Source: Lytechinus pictus (taxonomy: Eukaryota). From it: a stretch of 64,000 nucleotides of DNA. Positions 36,901 through 48,690 of the stretch are shown here, piece by piece. Every line of letters begins with the position of its first letter. The stretch's first letter is position 1. A program made the position numbers and the translations under genes. The stretch lies in contig NC_087252.1 of NCBI RefSeq assembly GCF_037042905.1, forward strand, positions 22,198,001 to 22,262,000, written 5' to 3'. The notes under the pieces were generated by a model that did not search any database, was not told the origin of the DNA, and saw only the letters and a list, made by a program, of their open reading frames with translations.

Positions 36901-37617
36901 GCAAATGACCCTTTTAAGCCATCGAACCTTGCTTGGAATGGGAGAAGTACGAGACTGTAAAAGCGAGAGGCTAAGACAGTGCAATGAGAGGCCCGATACG
37001 AGTTGAGAATGGCTGCTTATACATGGCCAGTCTAGTGCATGTGCGAGAAATTGTCAAAGTACGGAGCATGTGGTTTACGTGCATTGATTAATAGTACACG
37101 TGTGTATGACGAGAGCAAGTTGCAGAGATGAGAGAAAGACTGAGATGAATTCAAGTCAATTATTACAAATTATACCAATTAATTTAGTACAGAATATTTA
37201 CCAAGAAGTCTTGAATTGTCTCTTGCTCAGTTTAAATGAAGCTTGTTGCACTTAAAACGGACATCTTGGTGAATTTTCTCTCCAGTCTTGTAGAGCTCAA
37301 CGGATGAGCGGCCTGAGATTGTAGTTTGAAAGCATGGTCTGGGGAAAATGAGTTAAAGGCCCAGGTACGCAAAACTCTTAGCCAATCAGTGGTATGCATT
37401 TCTGTCACGTGTGCATTATGATTGATTGGAATTCTCGCTCTTGTTTAAGTCTTGTACTACTACGTCACTTGATTTTATGACGTAGTTTAACTTTCAAATT
37501 GGGATCAACTGAATACTCCTCAGTTGATCCAGGGGTCATGTCCCTCTAAAAACATGTGGTGGCAGCAAATACTTTTAGAGTTGTAGAGAGAGAGCCCTTG
37601 GGGTGGCCCGCGTCACA
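33985..37617 (+). repeat. 3' LTR, 3633 bp
   Basis: Direct repeat of the 5' LTR; 6 extra C in two poly-C runs and three substitutions noticed by eye. Confidence 0.95.
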
Positions 37618-40377
37618 ATATCTAGGGAAGATATGAAAGCATCTATTGGTGCTTATTTGTGCTCTTTTTGACATGAAAACAATTGATTGGAGCAGGTAGA
37701 AATTAATTGATGGTCACGATAGTGAACATGGATGTTGACTATTAATTTATCTTTCTGGAATCTCCTGAATGGATACTATTATTTAATTACTGTATCTATG
37801 AAATTGAATAATTTATGCATTTTATATTATGAATTTATTTCTGACTTGATGACAATATTTAGGCAGTCCTTTTAAGGACTCTTGACAGTCTGGATATTCA
37901 ATCAAATTATCTAGTCAGAGAAATTAAATTACTGCATTGATAAAATTATTCTACCAACGTGGAAAAGGCTAATGTCAGATTTCAATCTCTAAGCAGAGAT
38001 TATATTTGGTCAGTAACATTTGGCATAAAACTGTCAAGTTGTTCTGGGATGTGTGTTGTTTTGGTATTGCTATGAATATTGATCTGACTTAGGGATTTTT
38101 CCACATTGGTCGTTTAAAAGATATAGAGATATTGATAGAGTCGTTAACTCAATTCTAATTTCAAGATTAATGACTTTGATTATTTATTTACATTTCTTAC
38201 ATCATATACAAATAGGATCAAACTAAACAAAGCTAGCCATCATGAGTGTTCGGATGTTACGATCACGTGTTACATAGGTGTCAAGCATGCTATTCCCGTA
38301 GTTATTAAGATTAGAATATCAGAATACTTAATGTTATTAAGATTGGAATACTTAATGTTATTAAGATCAGAATACTGAATATTGATTCTGATATTAAGAT
38401 TACGATGTAACCAGAATGACATGTAAATAACTTGTAAATAATTGTCTGTGCAGTCATTCACATATCTATTAAGGATACTTGATGTTTATAGACTGAAGTA
38501 AACTCAATTTATAGATGAAGCTTAATTCTTCATTAGAGCATTGACATTGTATAAATATATGGATAATTTAGTTAACAGTGGAATAGGAATAATTGCTTAA
38601 GTGTTGGTCTTTCAGACTTGTTTTGCTTAGCTGTATTCTCAGACAGCAGGGACGAGGTTAGAGTTTCCGGTAGGCTTTAATGCTAAGAAAGGTACTATGT
38701 GAGTCTATTCTTGTACCCGTGATGATTAGGGATATTTACGGATTTCTGAGGCTTTTCATCACACAGAATGTTGGAAGTTGATACAAACTTCACACCGACA
38801 AAGTGAGTGGAAGTTTTGTAGGCGCTGTAAGGCTGGTAAACAAGGCCCGTTGAGAGGTTGATAGGATAAGGATATTTTTGGAGATTGGTATGTTGTATTG
38901 GGTTAGTGACATTGGATGGAGAAAGATGTTGAATAACTGCTGGCAGTTTAGATAGGATTACTCACATAAGTCAGATCGACAGAAAAGAACCATTGGTCCT
39001 GGAACCTTTGTGGAGAGTAGTTTACAGTTTTAAGTGGAAATAACTCTTAGAGAGAACACAACTCTACGGAGTATAAAGTACAGAACTAAGTAGGATGTAG
39101 TTAAGCTAATAATCAATACTTACAGTTGATACAGATTTTTGCTTAGTGTATTTATAACAATGAATACATAGGATTTGTCAACTTAGTAATTATTATTCTA
39201 TTTATCATTCTATCAAATTAAGAGTGACATGCACAGACTTACAGTTAAGTTCTTATCTAAGTAGAGTAAGTTATACAATTTTACATTGCTCATTCCATAT
39301 TCAATGAATTTTTTATACTTATGCAAATTGATGTAAATATCCAAATTTATCATCGAGATGTTTCAGAATTGTTAACTTCAAGTTTTTCTTATATTAAAGT
39401 TCAGTTGAACTTTATTTTATATTTCTTAGGAATCAGTAATTGGACTTGCAGACTTTGCATAGAAGGAAGATGATTAGTGATCAGTGTTTGTTGAGAATGA
39501 TGAATCCAATATATTGGATTTGTTGTTAAGCCTTAGAATTAGAAATGGTGATTGATTGATTAGTGATGATTGATTGATGATGTGATTAGGGATAAGAAGT
39601 ACCGTACAATTAGTTTAAGCATTATTTAAGTTAGGGTTCTTAGTTTATTTACAGACCAACCTTGTATATTGCAAGAAAACGGAACTCGTCATCGAGCTTG
39701 GAAAACTACGCTTACCTAGTGAGACCCAGTGATAAAGAGCAGATTTGAGAACTGAGGAAAAGACTAGAATGATTGATTGCGAAGCAAGGACTGACCGCTT
39801 GTGTGATTGCCTATATGCATACGACTGCACGTGTGTGATGTGGATATGCCTGATCGTGTGTGTAGAACACGAGGCGAACAAAACGTTTTGTATGTGAGTG
39901 AATAGAGGTTTGCTTCATGACTAACTCTAATGATGAAAGATGAGAAAATCATGGTTATATAATTAAACCTTACTTAATCACTCAGTGAGTAAACTCACCA
40001 GTTAATTTCTGCTGTGATGGTCAGGACGCTGGAGTATGACAGAAGTCTTGTGATGGAAGAAAAGACGGTTTTCTTCAGCTCATCGGAGCTCCTTCAACCT
40101 CTGTGGTTCTGGCAGAATAGAGAGGCTAAAAGTTGGCGGTCGATGTGAGAAGATGGACCAATCACGGACCTCGTAATAGAACTCAGATATTATGGATCTT
40201 GAGATGACTATTCTGATTGGTGGTTCACTAGCTCTTTAAAAGTTCTCATCGAGGAAAAGTTCTTCATTTACGATCAAGTGTTAAATAATGCTTGATCGAG
40301 AGCTCAATAACTCTATAAACTATTGTGGTGGCAGCATACTATTTTAAAAGGTTATTTTGATAGGGTCTCGCGTTACA

Positions 40378-42103
40378 ATACTTTCATGTGCTATACGTCA
40401 GAATGAAAAAATTAAAGGTATAGATGGATATGTAATAAATATTGTATAATATGCAGATGACACTACGTTGGTTTTAGCAGACTTAGAATCAGCAAAAGAA
40501 GCCCTTTGTGTAATTGAAGATTTTGCGTCCTTTTCGGGTCTTAAAATTAACAAAAGCAAAACAAATGCTATGTGGTTAGGATAAAAAAGAACTTGTAAAG
40601 ATAAGCCTATGGATATTAATGTGACGTCTGAACCGTTTCGAGTATTGGGAATATTACTATCTTCAAATATTGATGTTATGATATCATTAAATTTTAAAAA
40701 ATGTTTAGCTGATGTAAGAGTTCTGCTTAATATATGGCGGAAAAGGAATTTGAGTTTGATAGGAAAAATACAAATAGTAAAAACTTTTGCTATTTCCAAA
40801 TTTGTTTATTGTGGGTCAGCTTTACCAATACCAGGCCATATATTGAAACAATTAGAGCAAGCTATTAAAGATTTTATATGGAATGGAAAAAATAGATATA
40901 TTAAAAAGTGCACTCTAATAGGTTCATATTCACAAGGAGGTCTAAACATGATTGATATTCCTTCTTCAATGCTTTAAAGATGAGATGGATATCAAGGTTT
41001 TTTAAGGAAGACAGCTCTCTTTGGTCTATTATATTTAGATATTTTATGAAGGACTTTGGAGGTGAATTTATATTTTTTTGTAATATGTCAAAAAAAGAGT
41101 TGTAAAATGATGGGCAAATGCCCTGGTTTCTATCAAGATGTATTGAGTGCCTTTTTCTATTTTCGGTCATTAGATTCAAAGTATAAAGATATAAGGGAAG
41201 CAATTATATGGAACAATGAAAGTGTTATAGTAGGAGGTAAACCTTTATTTGTTAAAGATTTTTTTATAGCCGGTTTATGGTACATCTCAGACTTATATAA
41301 CAGTGAAGGTAAACTTATAGATTTCAATATATGGATGGAAAGAGGAGTGGAAAAGAAATTTTATATGAAATGGTGTTCAATTGCTTCGGCCATTCCAAAA
41401 AAATTAAAGTTCAGATACATTCATAATCAAGGAGAGTTAACAGCTTTAAAACTTGTATGTAATTTCAAAGGCAAAGATGTAGACTTTATGAATTTGACAA
41501 CACAGAATATAAATTTGATTTTGAAAAGCAAACTTTTTGAGGCCCCAATATCAGAAATTTACTGGAACAATAAATATGATATAGAAAAAGATATATGGAA
41601 GATTATTTATAAAATGCCTTTTGTGTTTCTAACGGATACTAAGAGTAGAACTTTTCAATATAAAATAAACACGAGAACACTTCTCTTAAATAAAAGATTA
41701 TATAAAATGAAAATTGTATAATCTGAATTATGCACCTTTTGTAAACTAGAGGCGGAAACAACAGAGCATCTTTTTACAGAATGTCAGCACGCATGTACCT
41801 TTTGGGAAGAGTTTTTGAAATGGTGGTATACAAAATTTAATATTAATTTACAACTAAATGATAAAGATATATTGTTTGGTATATCAGATGGAAGACCACA
41901 TAAATTACTTTTGAACCATTGCTTAGTTGTAGCTAAACAAATGATGTATACATGCAGACATAATAAATATTTTACCATCTTTTGATTTGTTCTTTGTAAA
42001 GCTGAAACGAATATACAAAATAGAAAAACAAATTGGCATTCAGAATAAACAATTATCTAAGTTTGAAAAGAAATGGAAAATTCTACACCCCTCATTCATA
42101 TGA
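40378..42103 (+). pseudogene. L1/Tx1 ORF2, 3' part (RT end + C-terminal zinc finger)
   Basis: YADDT, SGLKIN, LSLIGK, FIW, GGL, CTFC...EHLFTEC; multiple stops. Confidence 0.9.
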
Positions 42104-45100
42104 TAGTTTGGGCAGCTAGAGGAAAACGAAATTAGATGTGAAGTCATAACCATTCAATCCTGAAATGTTTCCTTTTTTTTTCTTTATGCTTTCGTTATGC
42201 TTTGTCTTGGCTTTTTTTTTTCTTTTTTTCATCTTGTATATAATATGTATAATGTATAATGATTATGTTTGTAATATGTACATGAAGTTATGAAAATAAA
42301 AAAATCATTGAAAGAAAAAAAAAACTGACAAATTCAAATCTATGTTAAAAACTCATATTTTCGTTACATAGATCGTCCTTAGCATATGCTGCTTCAACTG
42401 TCTACTTTCAACTGTCAACATGTATAATTTGATTTTAGCTGAAATTTCTTGTCTTCCTATGTATTTTCCTTAAGCGCTTAGAGACATTCTTTGTGATAAG
42501 CGCTATATAAATGATGTTAATTATGTTAATTATTATTATTTAACATCAAGGAAAGTTGTCAGATCTGACAACTTGTCGGACAAAAATGTTGATGAAACAC
42601 TCCCCTGGTCTCTGGACCGTAAAATTTTCATTCCGTCCGAATCTTAATCAGACGATCTGCTGTCCCGGCCCACCAACTTTCCACAAAAACCTCTCAGCTG
42701 CCCATTGTGATTTGACTTGCATTTTCAAAGAAATTGGTGCGTTGTATTCACGAGTAATTGCGTTAACTTCATAATGCAGCTTTGGTAGGACGTTGGACCA
42801 ACGTTGCGAAATGAAAAAAAAAATGTGTAGGCAACATAAATAAAAGTGAACACGCATACATCGTCAGTCTATACGATCCGAGTTTGAAAAATCCAAAAGG
42901 TCATTGGACAATCTGAAAATGGTGGAGTATTATATGTATATTATATTTAATAAAAGGGAAATAAAATCGTTCTTCCGTAGAAACCAATCGAAGATTAAAT
43001 TTGTCCAATAAATGTCTCAGAGATATATAGTCTCCCATCGTTCACGTAAAATCTGCTTAAAGTCTTCTCATTTATGAGACCAAATAGTAATTATTTATAA
43101 TTTATTGTTCGAAAATCTAAAAGACATATTCTGATACCTTGATAACATTATCCATTCCAACTGAAATTTTGAACTTTACGTTTGAACATATTTAGTGCTC
43201 TGTTGTAATATTTTTTTTTTTAATTTCTTCTCAAGAAGAAACGTCAGCAACACGGATTAACACGTCAGCTACACGGACCAACACGTCAGCAATACGGACC
43301 AACACGTCAGCTACACGGACCAACACGTCAGCAACACGGACCAACACGTCAGCCACATGGACAACAGAGGCGTCGATCCTGGGGGGCAGGGGGGGGGGCG
43401 CTCGCCCCACCAATGAAAATATACAAACATATCGTTTTGCCCCCCAATAATTCCGCATGTGCAACTAAAAAAAAAGTAAGATTGTAATGCTACACTGAAA
43501 TCAGCAAGCAAGATTGAGATACCAACTCGATTTAAATTTAAATCGTGTTCAAAATGTCTGCTTTTCAGATTGGAATATAACAATTTTCAGCTCGCGCTTC
43601 GCGCTCGCATCATTTCTGTAGCAAAAACCCATACTTTTCATGATTAAATAGGTGAATAAAATGCCCCGTTTTCAGTTCTAAGCATCAAAAGAACTGCCGC
43701 TTCGATTTGCAATATTCTTTGCAATAATCGATTTGCAATAATCTCATCTGATAGAGATATTTTCTCTGGTCTTCGTGCAATCCCTGGCATTTCGGACCAT
43801 TCGACAGTAGCATGCTTTCTAAATGTCGCAAAACCACGTCCTGAAGTGAGACAGTCGGTTGTACGTAACATCAAAGCTATTGACCGAGTATCGTTCGCTG
43901 ATGAACTGAAGCAGAGCAACATTGCTGGTGGCTCCTCTCTGGATGTTCACGCTGCAGTTGCTCAGTACAACACAAGCCTTATCAATCTAATGGACAAGCA
44001 TGCACCAGCTAAGTTGTGCAAGGTCAAACTTCGCCCTCAGGCTCCTTGGTATACCCAAGAGTGCATGGGCGGAAATCCAAGGGGGGACGTGTCCCCCCTA
44101 CCAAAAGTAGTAGGGGGGACACAATATCAAATGTCCCCCTACTATTTTTGGTCTTTTATGATGGAAAAAAATGTATCATTCACATTCGAAATAATATATG
44201 TATTTTGGACTAAATGACCTTACATTTTGGGTGAAAACTTTTTTTTTGCTTGTCAAATTTTCCAGAGTGAATAAAATAAGATGAGGGGAAGACTTGGAAA
44301 ATAAAAAGAATCTTTCATGTCACTATATAAAATTTTCGGTCGCGCTTCGCGCTCGCATTACCTGTTAGGTGATTGTTCAATATGGATCTTAAATATCAAG
44401 TTTGGAAGTCAATATACATTACACATTTCACCTCGGAAATCGTACTTTCATTATTTTGTGTGATTTACAAACTGATCTTTAAAAGGTGCTCTGTTGAAAT
44501 GACAGCTTTATGGTCTGAATATTGAAATTTTCTGCTCGCGCTGAGCGCTCGCAAATTTCGATTGATTAAGTACCTATTATTTTGCGCTCGCATTAATGGT
44601 AACAAATATTTTAACTGATGCATTCTATTCATAATTACAAAAGTGCTTGAAATGTCCAGTTTTCAGGCCATAAAATCATCAGATTTTTCGCCCTCATTAG
44701 GCATTAATAAATTAAGATATTAATTTAATGCTTAAATTGTCCCTTTTGTTTCATCTCGCGCTTACTAAGAGTGATAGGAAGATAGTCATCATTTGCATAT
44801 GACATGTCCTAAGGATGTCCCGGTCGCGAAATTATTTTTCCCACCGAGTTCTGGACCAACATATGAATATTCATGACTTGAGTCTTCGGATTGAGAGTAC
44901 GCATGCGCGTGGACTTGGCCTCGACCAGTGCCGATCGTAAGCAAGCATTCACGTTGCTCAGAATGAATTAGCATCGTCAGATTACCGGTACCCTTACATA
45001 GTTACATTGGTCTTATAGGCTTAGATCTATATATATATATATATCCAATTCTTAAACACTTAATAAACTAGCTGCCATTAATGGCAAGACATGTGCTAGG

Positions 45101-45173
45101 GTAGGGCTAGCTTAGGCTAGCGCATTAACTTTACCTCAAATCTGGACCTGTCTAATTAATGCCTAGTACTAAT

Positions 45174-48145
45174 CAGTGTTGTAGTGCCTTGATGCTCGGC
45201 CTTGGCCTTCTTTAAAGGCGCCTTAATGCCTAGCTACTTTTTCAAAGCATTGGCTTTGAGAGGGCCTTGGCCTTGAGGAGTTTGAGCCTTGAAATTTTAA
45301 GGCATTTTCAAGGCATTTTCAAGGCTTTTTCAAGGCATTTTGTATTTTGTACTTTCATTTGTTTTAAATAAGTAATTATAAATGTTTCAATTGTTTTTTT
45401 TAATATATATTTAATAACAATAATGGTCAATACTACCAATCACCAGTAACAGTAGCAGCAGCAGTAGTAAGTGTACTAGCAGTGTCATCAATTGTAATTG
45501 TCACCATTATCAAGAAATTCAAACAAAGAATACATCAGTTATGAAAAATAGCATTATGTATTGGTAATGTGTTGTAATCATATGATGATAATGACAGTAA
45601 ATAATAATGGTCGTGATCAAGATAATAGTGCTTTGATGACAAGAATAATTTTTACATCTGACTGCAATTTTGACAACAATTTTCATACTTTAAACATAGC
45701 TAACTCTAAATAACAAGGTTGATTTCTATTCCATTACGATTTTCCTTGTATTATTTTCTTTGGCCAACAAGAATGTTTTAAGTCTTAACGATATTCTGAA
45801 AAGATTTGGTAAACTTGAACACAGTCTCCAATTTTGTCATATCCAAATGGGTTATGTCAATGGCATGATGAGCCAGAAACTTTGAGGGGCCAAGCATGGC
45901 ATATATAGAGCAAAATTTATGTCAAAAAAAAGAAGAAAGCGATTGAAGCGAGCGAGTGAACAAAATTTGTCCCCCTCTTTCTATAAGAAAAGCTAATTTT
46001 GCAATAGATTGTTTAAAAAAATAATATCACATTTACTCCATCTTTTCCTTTCCCTTCCCCCCTTGTCTAAGTTTATTCTTGGTGGTGGGACTTCTTCTTC
46101 TCTCTATCTCTCTTCTAAATTTTATATTTGTTTTGGGTCAGATTGACAAAACAAAGGGGAAAAAATGTTTACATCTTTTTAATCATATATTGATTGATTG
46201 CATTTATTCTTTTTCATTCCAAAATTTTACAAAAGTTACAATGTATAGCAAAACACAAAAGTATAATATACAGAAATGAAAAAAGGGAACCCACTGGAAA
46301 GCAAAGCTTGTTAGTATGGGTTCCCTGCAATAAATAGTTAATTAAAGTATATCTTTGATCAATGAAATTCAAATCGTAAATTAAAAAGGTTTGTACAATG
46401 AAAAAGAATACTAGTGGGGTCAAGCTTTTTATGCCTACTATGTTACAATTAACAAAAAATATTATATCATATATACCCCTGCTGTATAAAAAAAAATACA
46501 TGAGTTCAGGAGTGTGTGAACAGACAATCACTTGGACAAGACAGGACAAATACTAAACGCAAAACAAATATCGTTCAACATTGAATCTCATTTCTCTACA
46601 GTTTCAAGGAAATAAACAACGTATTTGTTTTTGTGTCAATATGGTTTCAAGAAATAATAATTAACAAAAAATAATTTAATAATTAATAATTATTAATATT
46701 ATCAATAAGTATTAATAATTAATGATTAATTAACTGTTTAATGAAAGTGGTTGTAAGCAGAAAAAAATATGAAAACTGACAAGAGTCCTAAAAATGACTC
46801 ATTTTCAGTTTAAGCATTTGAAAATTTTAGCTTGCGCTTTGTGCTCTCTTGCCCCCCCCCCCCCCTTAATGAAATATGCCCTTTTAAAAAAAGAAATACC
46901 TTCTTTAATAATAAAACATAATACATTTTAGGTTCGAAAATCACAGATATTGAATCGTGCTTGCATCAATTATTGTTTAGTACAGTAGGCCTACTGCTAT
47001 AATGGTTACAAAAATGTATAGAATGTTGCTTTATGGTTGAAATATCACAAATATTTGGCTCGCTTCCTGCACTCGCATCAATTATTGTACTCGTTCTCTT
47101 CCCGTTCACAAAAAAATGCTTAGAATGTCCAGTTTTCAGGTTGGAATATCACAAATTTTTGAGCTCGCCTTTTGCGCTCGCATTATTTTTTATTGGTGAG
47201 TTATGTATCTTATTTAAAATGCAGTAATTAACTGCTTAATTAACTGCTTCCTTTACTGGTCAGTATATAAAAAGAATTAGCGAGCGCAAAGTTATTTTTT
47301 TAGTTAGATACACATCTTTTTCATGATTACAAAACCAGCTCAGAATAAAATAATTTCCATGTCTTATTACACGACATGTCAAGAAGTTTGAGCTGGTGAT
47401 TCGCGCTGGCAACATCGCGCAAGGAAATTTCAACAATGATTAGCCCCATAATTGACCATAAATCAAGTTTTACAACATCAGAATTGATTTTTTTTTCAAA
47501 ACCGCTTGCTCGCTATGCTTTCTCGCTGAGAAGTAAAACCTAAAGCAAAATATCTATCTTATCATTAAAAATCACTTTAGAAAGCCTTTGCTCAACTTAA
47601 TTTCTATAAAACACACAATTACTTCACGCAGTTCATAATCTCATTTTGAAAATACATGTATCTGTTTGCACAAAAAAACTCATTTTGATAAATGGGTGCC
47701 TTTTTGGCGTTGACCCCCCCCCCCCATAATAATTTTCTGCTGCCCCTGTCCCAGGGAGTGGAGAAAAACATACGTTGAGAATGCCAGGATCAGATGACCG
47801 TGGTAATAATAATTATTGCAATGTAAATCGCCTATAGAAAAATTATGGATTATGTGTACACAGGTAACTATATCATTATTTTAATATGTCTCTATCATGA
47901 AATTATTTTTGTTTTAAATGTACAAAGGTTAATTTATTTTCGCGCTCAGTCCCCTCGCTCACATATATTTTACCATGTGTGATGTCTGCCGCCTAAGTAT
48001 TGTTAGTTCATTGTTCTGTATATCGTAAGTTTGAAATGCCTTGGCCTTGGGTTTCCATGCCTTGGCCTTGGCCTTTGGTATTGAAGCCTTGGCCTTGGGT
48101 ATTAAAGCCTTGGCCTTGGAGGTTTGAGCCTTGACTACAACACTG
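45174..48145. mobile_element. TIR element inserted in the left arm of the fold-back
   Basis: CAGTGTTGTAGT...ACTACAACACTG with subterminal GCCTTG repeats; TSD unclear. Confidence 0.7.
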
Positions 48146-48356
48146 AATAGCCGACTAATGCCATGGTTAACTTCGAACTGGTTAATTCCGAACTTCATGC
48201 ACGTTTAAGTAGGTTTAGACAAATATTAGCTTATTTGCCATGGCTTAATATGTCTAGTCCGTTTACAAAACCAGTCCTAGATCTTAAACAAATTTATCTT
48301 AGTTCTAGTCTAGTCTCTATATCTAGACTCTGATCTACGCTGTATCAGCATGGAAC

Positions 48357-48690
48357 CACTAGTGTACCAAGGGGGGGGGGGGGGAGACTGTCCCTCTGAC
48401 GAGTCACAACTGATTCAGGGGACGTGCCCCCTTTGAGAAGCCAAATTAATAATTTGTAATGTAAAAATGCAATGAAAAAGACGTATGTCCCTTTTTTGAA
48501 CGTGAAGATCTTTTTTTTTTTTTTTGCTTGTCAATTTTTTTTTCAGCTAAGAAATCCATAATTTGGGGTGAAGACCCTTTTTTTTTTTGGGGGGGGGGGG
48601 GGGGGGCTTGTCACATTTTTTCGCGGACGAAATATCCTCTAAAAAATTTGCCCCCCTTTTGGAAAATCCTATATAGGTACACCAGTGCGT
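48357..48690. mobile_element. Small hAT-type MITE
   Basis: CACTAGTGTACC...GGTACACCAGTGCGTG, TSD CATGGAAC. Confidence 0.6.

Larger units (their letters stand above)
26873..37617 (+). mobile_element. Ty3/Gypsy LTR retrotransposon, recent, lacking integrase
   Basis: Two near-identical LTRs, TSD ATAT, PBS, PPT, gag-PR-RT-RNaseH. Confidence 0.95.
25764..40377 (+). mobile_element. Giant solo LTR (~3.9 kb net) containing a younger Gypsy element
   Basis: TGTGAAGG...CGCGTTACA with TSD ATAC; removal restores L1 ORF2 VEI|LSCAIRQN. TATAAATA near 26474; no coding remnants seen. Confidence 0.8.
22346..42322 (+). mobile_element. Full-length L1/Tx1-clade LINE, split by LTR insertions
   Basis: TSD AACTGACAAA (22336-22345 / 42323-42332); 5' UTR, ORF1, ORF2, AATAAA near 42295 and an A-rich tail. 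Confidence 0.9.
17426..42541 (+). mobile_element. L2/CR1-group LINE, 5'-truncated, interrupted three times
   Basis: Pieces 17426-18523, 19557-20757, 21780-22345 and 42323-42541. Ends with the AGCGCTTA...TAAGCGCT hairpin and (TAT)n. Confidence 0.9.
15947..42605. mobile_element. ~150-bp MITE stretched to 26.6 kb by nested insertions
   Basis: Pieces 15947-15978, 17351-17425 and 42542-42605 rejoin into a copy colinear with 7647-7788. Confidence 0.75.
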
